NCBI GenBank assembly: GCA_028023455.1
Contig: JAQFVV010000006.1
Location: forward strand, 9,362,001 to 9,426,000
Length of the DNA: 64,000 nt
From: Epiperipatus broadwayi
Taxonomy: Eukaryota; Animalia; Onychophora
Reading direction: 5' to 3'
Shown here piece by piece: positions 52,140 through 64,000 of the stretch. Position 1 is the first letter of the stretch. Each line of letters begins with the position of its first letter. The notes below the pieces were generated by a model. That model was not told where the DNA came from. It saw only the letters and a program-made list of their open reading frames with translations, and ran no database searches. The position numbers and the translations under genes were made by a program.

Positions 52140-55100
52140 ATGAGTATTATACTCGTATTTTAAGCTAGGAAGATTGCACAAACTGAAAGAACCATCTAAA
52201 TGGGATATCATTGGATTTTGTGAAGTTAAAAAAAAAAAGTAAAGAGATGATTAAAAAAGTGAATATATCTTTTGTATAAAGGCCCAAATATTGGAAGCAC
52301 AAGCAGAGAGTAGGATTCATTATAAATCAAAAGTGGAAGAACAATACCATGGAGATTAATGATATATCAAACAGAATGGTAAGATTAATCATTCAATTTA
52401 ATAGAAGGTACCAAATGCAAAAAATTCAGGTTTATGGACCAAACAAATTTTCATTGTGATGAAGAAATAGAGGCATTTTAGATGAATATATGGGTGTACA
52501 AAATGTATTTGAATAGACCAAACCTTTAAAAATTGTCATGAGACATTAATGCTATAACCGATAAACGATTGAAATATGAAAGTGCTGTGGATAAATTTGA
52601 TTATGACGATAGATACGAGAGAACAGATTTGTGGATTTTACAGAAAAAGAATAACTATATTATAACAATCGGAAGTAAGTGGCGATCGAATCTAACCGCA
52701 AAAACAATATCTGCAACTACCAGGGCGCCATCTAGGCATTTGAGCCTAGAAAAATTTATAAAGTAGGCAGATACGCGCTGTTAAGATTCCACTTTATTTA
52801 AATATTCCGATCGTTAGCCCAAGTCACTAGCTCAGTGAGTAGCAGAGATAATAAAATATAACTTTTATATCTTAAATATAAAAGATTAAAAGCCACTGCC
52901 AGAAATTAACACATAAAAATATTTATTTACGCACATATAAAATCATTCCAAATTCGAGGAATAAGTTTAACTTTTAGATTTTTATATTAACTTGTAAATT
53001 TACATTTAAAAAGATTTCAATAAGTTTAATTTTTATTTAGTGAGTCGAGTATGAATAGACTATACAGGTCTGCATTTGAAAAGAAAATATTCTTTCCCTT
53101 ATTTAACCTTAGGCCAAAAGTTCGTAGTCAAAACGGCGCCAATCCATCTGATACATTTATGTATTCAATGTAGCATGAAAATATGACAACACAAAATACT
53201 GTACTGTCAGGAATGTACATCTGAACAGTAAGTAGAATTAGAGAAGACATTGACTCTCCACCAACAGGAATGTTACATCTGTTGGCAAGTAGAACAATAA
53301 ACAAAAAACTCCATAGGAATGGACTGCGGTCTTCTGCCGACTTACAAACCCATCCATAGGCAAACAGAAGGTGTGTGGCGTATATATGCAATCCTGCCTG
53401 TAGCGGATCTCATACTACATCTACTAATTACACAAATATATCCAATCCATTGAGCCAATTCAACTACGAAACGAATAACCTAAGATTACCCTCCCTTAAT
53501 ATAACTTTACAAAACTATATAGCCATTCACGCCCGACTTAAATTTAACATTTAGATACGTTCGCACAAATGAATTTTATAAAATTTGTTTTAAAATGTTG
53601 AGTATAGATCAGCTGCACAGATTCCACGGTCAAAAACATTCCAAATTAAACACAACCGATCAAAATACAAAGTCATCGATAAACGTCACTTGCATAGGGA
53701 ATATACAAATCCCATTAGCATTCATCGTAAGATGCTGCAGTGATATCGTTGACCCATATATTCTAATCGAATGTGAAAACCACAACATAATCAACCGCTA
53801 AAGAATCTATGCAACGTCTATACCCAACCTAAATTTCATCATTTAAAATTTAAACAATAAACAATTTATACAATAAGAAAAAAAAAATGGAAATGATTTT
53901 TATCAATCGGAAAACATATAAAATTAAACATTATTAATTTGATTTTAAACTTAAAAAAGTCAGATGGAAGTTCATAAACTTGAATGAAAGTTCTTAATTA
54001 TTTTTAAATTTAGAGTTCATGTCAATGTAGCTTACGGTAGAAGAGTCCAGGTTTCTGCTTTTAATTCCCGCGACGCCTCCATTGGAAGATAATGTTCTGG
54101 AGATGGCAATAGCTGGTTCAAGGTATCACAGTCTTTTCCTTTTTCTTTTTTAAATAGAGAGTGTGGTATGTGCATCCTACCACAACTCTCAAACACACAA
54201 CGCTGGAACTGGAACTCAATATTTCTCTTTTTATAGTAAATCTCCAGATTGAATGAACAAAGACGTCACTAATCCAAATTTTCGTTCGGGTCCGGGCTGA
54301 GGCTTGGTGCTTCCATTGGTCAAGCTAAAATCTCTTTATTCTCTTATCTAATTTACTCTCTGACTTTTTAATTAGACAGCTTTTGGATAATTAATAAACA
54401 ATCATTTCCATTTACAGATTACAGGAATTAATTAATACCTGTTTTTATTTTTACTTACGTTATTTCTTTTTTAAACTATTTTTATATTTAAATCTTTTTT
54501 TATAAAAAAAGTACATTCAAATACCTTTTTTTATTTATTAAAAAAAAATATTTTTAAAGTTTAGCATCTGTGCGAATATATACGTTTAACAAACATTTTA
54601 ATTTTAGCGTTTAGTTTTTTTTTTCTTTTTAATACACTTATTTTTATATGCAAACTTAAAAGTTTTTATTTCAATTAATGTAACGACATATTTATATATC
54701 GTTACAATATATTATGAAAAGTGCTAAACATAAATGGACATGGAAGCATCCAAATGAAGGTATAGCAGAATTGGATTATATTTGGACTAACAGAAATTAT
54801 ATATTTCAACATTGTTATATTTCAACATTGTAATGTTCATAATACATTCAACACAGGAAGTGATCATTGATTAGTGAGATGTAAGATATGTATTAATGCA
54901 AAACTAGAGCGACAAAACTCCCAATTGATAGTCTTAACCTTCAGAAACATTCCAATGAATTTAATTTAGAATTTGCAAATTGTTTCAAAATAATAACAGA
55001 TTTAGAAGATGGTTCAGATTTGAATGAAATCAATAAGAAACAACTGATACATTATTAAGAACTGCAAGAAAGATAGCTGGTGCAAAAAAGCAACAATAAG

Positions 55101-56700
55101 TAAATTTTCTACTAAGACAAAATAATGTTTGAAGAAAACAAGAAATATAAAAATACTTCTAAATGATGCATTAAAAAGAAGTGGATATTTAAAATTGTGT
55201 AAAATAATATGAGAAAGATTTAATAAATAATATAAGAAAATATAATTGTGAATTGGTAAGAAAAATTATAGAAGAGAATTGGTATTGATAAGAAGAAAAA
55301 ATAGAACTATTACTAAAAAAGAAAGATAAGATCATGAAATGGTAGGAAGATTTCTATAAAAAATTATTTTGTAATAAAGAATAAGAAAATAAAATATCTT
55401 CCACAATTATTACATCTGAATTGCCCAGGATTTTAAATGAAGTGAGACATAATTGAAACTATGAAGGGAAACCCCCAGAAAATAATGGAATTGTAATTGT
55501 ATCTTAAAAGATGCAGATAAAAAGTAGAAAAAAGATTGACAAAGTTATATACCAAATGTCTAAATAATAAAGAAGATAAGTGATAAAAAGGATATTAGAA
55601 ATTAAAAATCTATCAATCTTTTCAAGATAATTAAACCTCATCTATCAACCAAAAAAAAACTGGATATAAAAGTGGTTTGAGTATGGCAGATCATATCAAA
55701 GTATTGAGAAAAATGATAGCAAAAAAACAATGAATATGAGTTTCCATTATACTTCGGATTTGTTCGATTATAAAAAGATATTTCTTCAGTGATTAAAGCA
55801 TTGGATCATCAAGATATAGATCTGAGATTTTGTTATATCCTGAATAATATTTATCAAAATACAATACAACGATTAGATTACATGGTGTTACTATGAAGAT
55901 TAGCACTGACATTGGTACATAACAGTGATTCCATATTTCCAAAACTGTGTACAGGAATTATTTTGTAGATTAAAATAAGAAACTAAGGGAATAAAAGTAA
56001 ATAAAAATTATTTAAGCCATTTATATTTGGCAGACGATTCAATTGCTTTTTGCAAGTAATGTTTCTGAGCTTCAAAAAAAAAATTGTGAATCAAAATAAA
56101 GACTAAAATAATGTTTAATGGATTTTTTAAGAAGAAGAACAAGAAAAAGATTGATAATGAATTAGAACTTAACAATTACAAATATCTTGCTCAGTTTATT
56201 AATACAGTTGAAAGCATAATGGATGAAATTAATCATACAATTAATCTTGGATAGAGGGTTTTGACAAAAATAAATTAATATTAAAAGGAAATATGTTTAT
56301 GTGTTTGAAAAAGTTTTTAATAGATGTGTGTCACCAATTCTTACTTATGGATCTAGACTTGGATCTTAACAGAAGAACAATTCATAGATCCAGACTTCTC
56401 AATGAATTATAGAGATATGTTAGGAATAACAAGAAAAGATTGAAAAAGAAATACATGGGTGAAACAATAAAAAGTTACCACTGACATCACTGAAAGAATT
56501 AAGTGACTGAAATGTAGCTGGGCTGGGAATATTACAAGAGATGATAATAGATGAACAGTGGAAGTTTTAAATTAAATCCTAAGAGATTATAAAAGATCTG
56601 GAAATAAAGAAGTTTGTTGATATGTTGTGGAGAAGAAAGGTTAAAAATCAGAGAAACTGGATTGTGGATCAGTAATAGTAGAAAATGATGAAGATAACAA
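52140..56700 (+). mobile_element. Long decayed RTE-clade LINE, interrupted at ~52680-54710
   Basis: The AP endonuclease starts WDIIGFCEVK at ~52200 and resumes KWTWKHPNEGIAELDYIWTN at ~54730. RT and C-terminal remnants run to ~56690 and are similar to 6900-7475. Confidence 0.7.
53090..53430 (+). mobile_element. Tc1-like transposase N-terminal relic
   Basis: TVSRIREDI..SRTINKKLHRNGLRS matches the Tc1 HTH segment S.RTIRRRLHE.GLRS. Confidence 0.5.
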
Positions 56701-58399
56701 TTTGATATTTTATTTTCAATGTTTTTCAGGTAATTTTTTCTTCAATGTTTTGACTGGCTAACAGATTTCTTCAGAATAATAAATAATATATTATTTAATG
56801 TTTTGGTTTTTTTTTATCTTTAATAAGAAGCACAATAAAAATCCTTTAGATTACACATTTATAACATTTAAAAGAAAAATTACCTAAACAATTTTAAATA
56901 ATTTGTATTTCAGATAAATAATAAAAAAAAACAATAAAATATAAAATCGTTATCTTAAACTGATCAAAAATCCATTTTACTATGAAAATTGATAAAATAT
57001 ATTTATATATGCACAAGGAATGTCTCTAAAGATTAGGATGATAGTGATCATAAAAAAACTATATGAATTACAATAACAAGCCTAACGATAACTGTAGCAG
57101 GCCTCAATTGCCGTTATTCAAGGAGAGCAATCACTATTCAATGATAAATTGAATGTTTCTCAGATGCAACTGTGAATGACACACTCCAAATTTTAATAAT
57201 GAATAAGTATCAAACTGTTGAAAGAGAACATACTGTTTGATAAGTGATAATTCCAAAGCCAACATGGTTGTTTACCAAGATGTTAGACATCACTCCCACA
57301 AAATAAAATCTTTAAGCATTAATTAATTTTTAAATATGACAAACAAAATCATGAGCTTTACATTTAACGACAAAATAACACATTATACAAAAACCATTTA
57401 ATATCCCTGAAAAAGGCATCTGAATACAATTAACTCTATTTCTCAGAATCATTAAATTCATTATCAAATCATTGCAAAGAGTTTGTAAACATTTAAGATT
57501 ATTCCATGGCAATAGCTCGCAAAATTCCATGTGGGTCTTTGCTTCATATTTGCAAATTCTTGTTATATAAATATTAGAGTTCATAAAGTTCTCTCTTTTG
57601 TGGATGCTCACACCGGATCTGGTTCCTGCAGCAGATTTTTCTCATTCTTTTATTAAAGAATTTACAAATATATTATAAACAAAATAAATCTAACTGTATT
57701 CTTATAAAAACCTCTTTTAAGCTTTCAATGTAGATACTTTTATTAATCATGCTATTTCTAATAGCTAATGCCAAACATGGACATTGGAAAGCAGGTCACC
57801 TTATTTAGCAAGAAGAATACCTCAATTCTTCAAAGAAAAGTGCCCATGGCAATCAATTCAACACTTTATGTAAGTTGCAACTTAGTTTCAGTAGCAAATT
57901 CTTTTTTCTCGTCTACAGATGTTACACTTAATGTAAGATTTAGTAGTCAATAGATGGCCTGATGGTCATTCTTCATCTATTGATTATCAAAGCTTACACC
58001 AGGTGACATAACCATAGTGAGAGAAAACATGAATTTGTTACCATAACAGATGGTGGTGATTAATCTGCCAATTATTAAACCTTACACTAAGTGGCATAAG
58101 TATGATGAGAGAAAAACTATTTACTATTGACCAGCATTATGTAAACCAATGTCATGTGATATCTTACTGAATTTAGTTTCACCTGAAGTGCATTTCGAAA
58201 AAAAGAAAAAAGACATGAGAAGCTTCTTTCTCCCCTAAAGCCTTTAAAGAGAATCCACAGTGTGAAAATAAACAAACTGTACAGACTTCCTAACAAGACT
58301 AATGAGATCCAATCCTCGAGAGTAAGAGGTCTTAGATATTTTGCTCTGGATATTTGATTCGCTACTGATTTCTTTAATTTTAAAAAAAATTATGCAGGC

Positions 58400-59405
58400 A
58401 GTGAGGATGGGTCAACGTATCTCATATATAGAGAGGTAATTAAAATATTGGCAATGTAGCCCTACCTGCTCTAATATTGTTATAATGTTAGATCCAAGAG
58501 TGAAAATTTCTGGAATGAAACTGTTCAATTATAATTGCACGATCTCCCGCGATATTATCCATCCAATTATTTTATTTTGCTCTGAGCACAGTTCACTACA
58601 GTGGCGGACAGAGAATTGAAAATTAGTGTCTCCTAGATGGTTCAATCTGTGATTTAGAAAGCTCAAATATCATGACTTCCTACATGACTAACTATAACTA
58701 TTTGACACAGTAAAATATTATAATTCAATATTTTAAAAATATTACAAAAAATTAACTCCGAAGGAAGAAGAGCATCTATTTTTCAAAAGTTATGCGAATT
58801 CATTTCTTCATTTCTGAGACATAAATGACTTCATCCACAAAATGATCAAAGAGCCAGGTCCTGATCATTAGTAAATAATGTTCTTCCTTAAATAAAAATC
58901 ATCTTTAGTCATAACAGATTCCCGAGTAAAAAAATCCGCTTGCATATCTTAAGTCACAATATACTGAACCAATGCATGAAGAAGATTAAACTCGAAGAAC
59001 TTTATGAGAATAGCCTCATCTCTAAGATCTAAGACGACTGATAGTAATTTTTGAAATGCTAAGTCATGATGAGATTTGTCTATGAATGTATTGAAAATTT
59101 TTTACCCAAGCACAGGAGAGGAATGAGATACTGAGCAATGACCCTGACCAAAAATGACATTATCGGATCACATCGTCAACAGTGAAACAAAAGACAGAGT
59201 ACTTTTGATGAAGTACTGATAAGCTAACACAGAGATGTTATCATAAGCATGATGCAAGTGAGATCTGAGAAATGAATGGCTAGAATAGTAATTTGATCTT
59301 CTTGTAATAAAATTGATGATGATGATGCCATCAAGTTTTGCAACCAACTCTTACGTGTAACAAATGTCTTTGTAAAGCATTTTTCAGATGATCCTTTATA
59401 TATAT
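58400..59405. mobile_element. Mariner relics, including a 5' TIR-like end on the minus strand
   Basis: The minus strand begins TATAAAGGATCATCTGAAAAATG at ~59400 and has a FL..I.TNDQ-like segment at ~58880. A weak plus-strand DL.P..Y motif lies at ~58550. Confidence 0.35.
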
Positions 59406-59510
59406 ATTTGACGCATCTATTCACAAACACGCCTGAATATTACTAAGATAATTCCCAAGCTAGAATATTATCAAAGAACTGTTTAAATGAACAGGTAAAC
59501 AACAATCACC

Positions 59511-59595
59511 TTTTGTTATATCAATGCCAATCTGTTTTGTCAGGTAAAATATCATATTTTACCTGACAAAATAGATTGACATTAATATAACAAAA
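59511..59595. repeat. 85 nt near-perfect hairpin
   Basis: 42 bp arms with 3 differences around a single C: TTTTGTTATATCAATGCCAATCTGTTTTGTCAGGTAAAATAT-C-ATATTTTACCTGACAAAATAGATTGACATTAATATAACAAAA. Confidence 0.9.
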
Positions 59596-60462
59596 CGTGG
59601 GTCATTATTTTCAAGTTCATAAGGTCAAATGGTTCATTGGGAATCTAGGTTGCGAATTTGTCTCAATAACATATTCAGACTTGTTTGTTCTTGAGTAGGT
59701 TTATATTATCATTAGAATGTTTGATCCAATATGTCCTCACTTTTTGACATTACAGTTTACTGGAACATCTTTTCTATTAGTAAAGATTGAAAAAGTTTTA
59801 AATTTGTGGATAAACGATATAGAATCAATGATTTTTGATAATGCAATAAGGATAGTTTTTTGATATTACTGTTTATCAAAATATTGTCTCTCGACCATAA
59901 ATTTATAGCTTTTTTGGTCTTCACCATAATGCACTGTAAATATAACGTAAACAGTTTCAGAAACTCATATAATGCTTCAACAAATATATTTTTTCTTTTT
60001 AAAGTAACTGACAATTCGTTCTCCTTGAATATCCAACTAGTTTTGTATTACAGCTCTTTTTCTTTTAAAAAGTAAACTGTTATTTTCATTTTATCCCATA
60101 AACAAAGTACTTCAAGAAAACTGGCAGAATTGTTACTATTGTTGGAACCTTTTTCAACGGCTTTGCAATTTTTTTAATTCAAGTGGGGGCATAAATGAGC
60201 GCAATGTTTTCACTGAGATCACAATGATATGACCAAATGCATGAAACAAAAAACGACAGCAGCTGCTATACAAATACACTACATGAGAAATTTACAAATT
60301 CCAAATTTTTTTAAATATTATCGTGGGCATGGATTTTGAGAGACTGATACAGAGATTGAACTCTATCTTGTCCTGTGATGCAATCACTTACAGTTTTTTG
60401 ACCTTTAGTTTTTATATTTAAACTTAAAACATGTTCTTAAAAAAAACGTAATAGTAGTTTTA

Positions 60463-60945
60463 CATCATCATCATCATCATTTTCAATCATTATCGATCCA
60501 CTACAGGATGAACGTCTCTCCTAGTTCAATCCAATCCATCTTTCTCCTATCTCTAGATTCTCCTCTCCACATCACTCCAGCACACTTCCTTATTTCATCC
60601 ATCCATCTCATGTGATCTCTTTTTAGGTCTTTTACAATCTCCTGGAATCTAATTTAAGATTTCAACTATCCACCTATTATCATCTCTTCTAGCAATATGT
60701 CCAGCCCAACTTCACTTGCATCTCTTAATTCTTTCAACGATGTCAGTAATGCTTGTTTGTTCCCTCATCCGTGTATTTCATTTTCAATCTCTTCTTGTTA
60801 CTCTTAACATTCATCTCTCCATAGTTTATTGAATGGTCTGAAGTCACTGTATTGTTATTCTGTTAAGTGTCCATATCTTCAGATCCATAAGTAAGAACTG
60901 GTAACACATTTATTTAAAATCTTTTCAAATACATTTTTACATAGC
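60463..60945 (-). mobile_element. RTE-clade LINE 3' fragment with (GAT)n tail
   Basis: Reverse complement of the family at 6900-7475. (CAT)6 lies at 60463-60480 on +, and the minus strand reads LTYGSE..SWAGHIARRDDNRW. Confidence 0.8.
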
Positions 60946-61294
60946 GTTAACTACCTCAAGCGGACATATAATAATCTATTAACTAAATGAACTGATCGTT
61001 AATCTTTTTTTTTTAATAATATGCTGTTTCCTTTGACACTATTGATGCTAGTTTACACTTAATGATAAAACGTAGTGCATTATCAATCTTCTATATTTTT
61101 TTCCGATATTTTTACAAATCTCTATTAAAATTATTACCTTATTTACAACTTGGGATCTTTCGTCAATCATAAAGTCAACAACAGTGGGTTGCATACATAT
61201 TTAAAAAATTCTTTGACAAAAACTGTTATCTACTTTTATTTATATTCTGTAAGCGTTTAAATAATTTTACTTGTTATGAACGGTTAGAACTTAC

Positions 61295-61398
61295 CATGCC
61301 TGAGGTGATATCTTTGGCAAACTGTATCCGTTGATTCCATGGCAGCACTTCATTTGGGTCGTGAATCAAATCTTTAAGTGTTCCTCCGGTGATATATT
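61295..61398 (-). CDS. LIMK1: LIM domain kinase exon (hinge to subdomain VIa)
   Basis: Bounded by ttatag| and |gtaagt, 104 nt. Encodes (E)YITGGTLKDLIHDPNEVLPWNQRIQFAKDITSGM, in phase with the 48709 exon. Further 5' exons were not found in the window. Confidence 0.95.
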
Positions 61399-62224
61399 CT
61401 ATAAAATAAAAAATAATATCTATAGAAAAAAGAAACTCGTTTATTTTTATTAGAATCAATACGATTCTAAAAACTGTAAGATATAAACTTCATTGACTAG
61501 ATTTAGGCATTAAATCTATCGATGAATAGTGTCGCAATTAGTAAATTGATAAAAATCCACATTAATTTTGAGACATACACTGAATTTATTAAATGTAGGG
61601 TATTATCGATTGCACTCTTTTACGATTACATGTTATTCTTATTTAACGAAGCCAAATGAACTTTTTTGAAATAACAATATAAAGAATCTAAATTAAGCTT
61701 TTAGATGCAATTCTCTTCACACTAATATAGAGCCATCTATTATAAGCTTGACTAATTAATTGTTATTTAAGCTTACAATAGATGGCTCAGGAGTAGATTG
61801 AAGAAGAAAATTGTTTCTAACAGCATATATCACTTAATAGCAACAAACCACTTAAGTCCTCAGTTCATACTCTAATGCCATCTGCTGTTCTGAGAATGGA
61901 GATTTAAATGCCTAGTAATAGATTATTACTGAAGCTGATGGGAAATAATGGCAGAGCGGAGAGCTGCTTGTCATGCAACACGTAAGTAGACAGCACATGG
62001 TATTCATAGATTTATTAACTAAACTACCTTGCTATTTTATATTTCTGTATATAAAAAACAAACAAAGCTTATTCTTTGTTATTAATGATCAGTAACATCA
62101 ATGAACGCTAATAGGGCCACTGATATCTGTGACTGAAATTAAAAAGCCTAAACCCAAAACTTAACCTCCATTATTAATTATTTGTTGGACTATTTTCATC
62201 ATCCAATATTAAGTATTAAATGGC

Positions 62225-63080
62225 TTTCAAAAATTTTTCACTTTATTCAAACTTTCCAAATACATTCAACTGTTAGTAATAGCACAACGTTTCAAGTTGT
62301 ATTATTCTTCTTTTTTCTTTGGGTGTTGCTGGCCTGACCAGTGACAGTATAAGCACGGGAATCGAACCACAATCTTCAGATTCATGAATATTGAAATTTT
62401 AAGGTAACGTAACTAAGCTATTATGCCAAAGGCAACGACCAGTAGAAAAGTCATATACTTATCTATGAGGGTCCTCAAGAATTTTTTACTTTTTTTTTAA
62501 GAGCAAAGTTAATTAATGGCTTCCAGACATTATATATAGTTGACTTATGGGATTAATTGCTAATATTATGTGAGCAGCTCTTTTCAATTTTCCTTGTACT
62601 TTTCCGTAATCATCCAATATTTTTGTATTTTTTTTAATCGAACATATGTCCAATGATACATATGTGGTCTGCTAATTTAAATATATATTTTCTGTTTTCT
62701 AATCATCAGTTTGGCTCTTTTAATCACTTTTCAATGGGGTGTCTGGTCTCGCCAATATACACTCTCTCACATTGACATGTTATTCCATAAAAGCAATTTT
62801 TGCTTTTCAGCATTTCAGGTTTAGGTTTTATAGATGTCAGAATTCCTCTTAGTGTGATATGACTTTGAAATGTTTTGATGTTATGTTCCACCACAAAGTC
62901 ATGCCAGCAACACTTGGAAAAGAGAGGAGAGTAACACCATTCAAAACATTGGGTTATATTCTAACCTGTGTGCCATTACTAACAACTGAATGCATTTGGA
63001 AAGTTTAAATCAAATATAAAATTTTCAAGACATTCAATATTTAATAGTAGATGATGGAGATAGTCCAACAAATAATTAAT
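62225..63080 (-). mobile_element. Second 5'-truncated PLE family-2 copy: partial inverted pLTR, GIY-YIG, pLTR
   Basis: The minus strand at ~62800-62560 reads YGITCQCERVYIGETRHPIEK*LKEP..LADHICIIGHMFD. It is followed by the pLTR with B box GGTTCGATTCCC (GGGAATCGAACC on + at ~62357-62368). A partial plus-strand pLTR lies at 62900-63080. Confidence 0.85.
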
Positions 63081-64000
63081 ACTAAAACACCATCATATAT
63101 AGAGGCAAACCTCTCCATGTAGTAGTGATCATGTGACATTTAGTGGTTTAAAATGACATCATCACAGACCTTCAGATAAATATGACTTTTATTGTATGAA
63201 ATATGACGTATCCTTACAGTTTACTATTGGATCAACTGACAGTTCTTTTGGGTTCCAAATCAACCTCAAAAAATTAAAATCTTAATTATTCAATACCCGC
63301 TTCTCTTCCATCCTCAGGATTGTAATCTTTTCAAAAGTCTATTTATGTAGTATTTACTTATGATTCATATATAATAATCCTAATTAAAAATAAAATTTAG
63401 ATTAAGAAAGATTAAGTAATAATATCGCCCCTCAACACAAGCCAATCATTTGAACTTTTTGATTACGTTTACAGTTATTATGATTACCTTTTTTTATATT
63501 TTATTATTTAAATGTTATATATGTACAGTGCATAAGTAATTACAAATTCGTATTCTACATTCAAAAACAGTATACATTTTTATTTTGCAAAGTAATTTGA
63601 GATAATAAACTGATTTTAATAATTGTAAATCGGGAAAATTTCATTATTAGGAATAAGCTTGCAACTTAATAACTTCAAATATGCAGTTATCCAAGCAATT
63701 TGCATTCCACATTCCAAAAGATGCAACTGAGTGATAGAAGTATTAAATTCATCGGTCTTTTTCTGATGCGTAATGTCACCAATGCTGAAATAATAAGAAT
63801 AGCCCTTTTCTTAACTTTTTTCCTAATCATTTTGCTGTAACCGACAACCATGTCTGATCACAATCATATACTTGATAATTAGACATGCAAATAAGTATTG
63901 AAGATTATGTACAAACCAATTCAGATGATTTTAACTGACAATTATTAGACCAGTAAATTGATAAGTCAAAAATATAGAATTACTTATTGTATTAATACAA

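Noticed and set aside
53128-53391. 87 aa minus-strand ORF, and a FFVYCSTCQQ peptide recalling Parkin RING0
   Set aside because: The Parkin-like frame has stops and no splice sites. The plus strand is better explained as a Tc1 relic.
57200-58150. Possible Transib/RAG-like transposase relic on - (SYIKCNIC, EFCELLPW)
   Set aside because: Only two short, weak motifs amid many stops, and no TIRs were found.

Overview
AT-rich animal genomic DNA, probably an arthropod or similar invertebrate (inferred from intron structure, protein similarity and repeat content). There are no prokaryotic features and no CRISPR array. Two spliced genes face each other. The last two coding exons of an RPUSD4-like mitochondrial RNA pseudouridine synthase lie on + (5342-5853). 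The last five coding exons of a LIM-domain kinase lie on - (61398 to 41204). The ~35 kb between them and the introns are filled with decayed transposons: a full-length Tigger/pogo element, hAT MITEs, mariner/Tc1 relics, RTE and other LINE fragments, a Gypsy relic and many Penelope-like element (PLE) pieces. The PLEs are the most notable content. At least three families are present, with GIY-YIG endonuclease remnants, inverted pseudo-LTRs, long palindromes and hammerhead ribozyme motifs, one of which looks intact (18994-19052). One PLE family carries a tRNA-like Pol III module (A box, intron-like insert, B box) between the endonuclease ORF and a hammerhead-like motif. All family assignments come from reading translations and motifs by eye; no searches were run.
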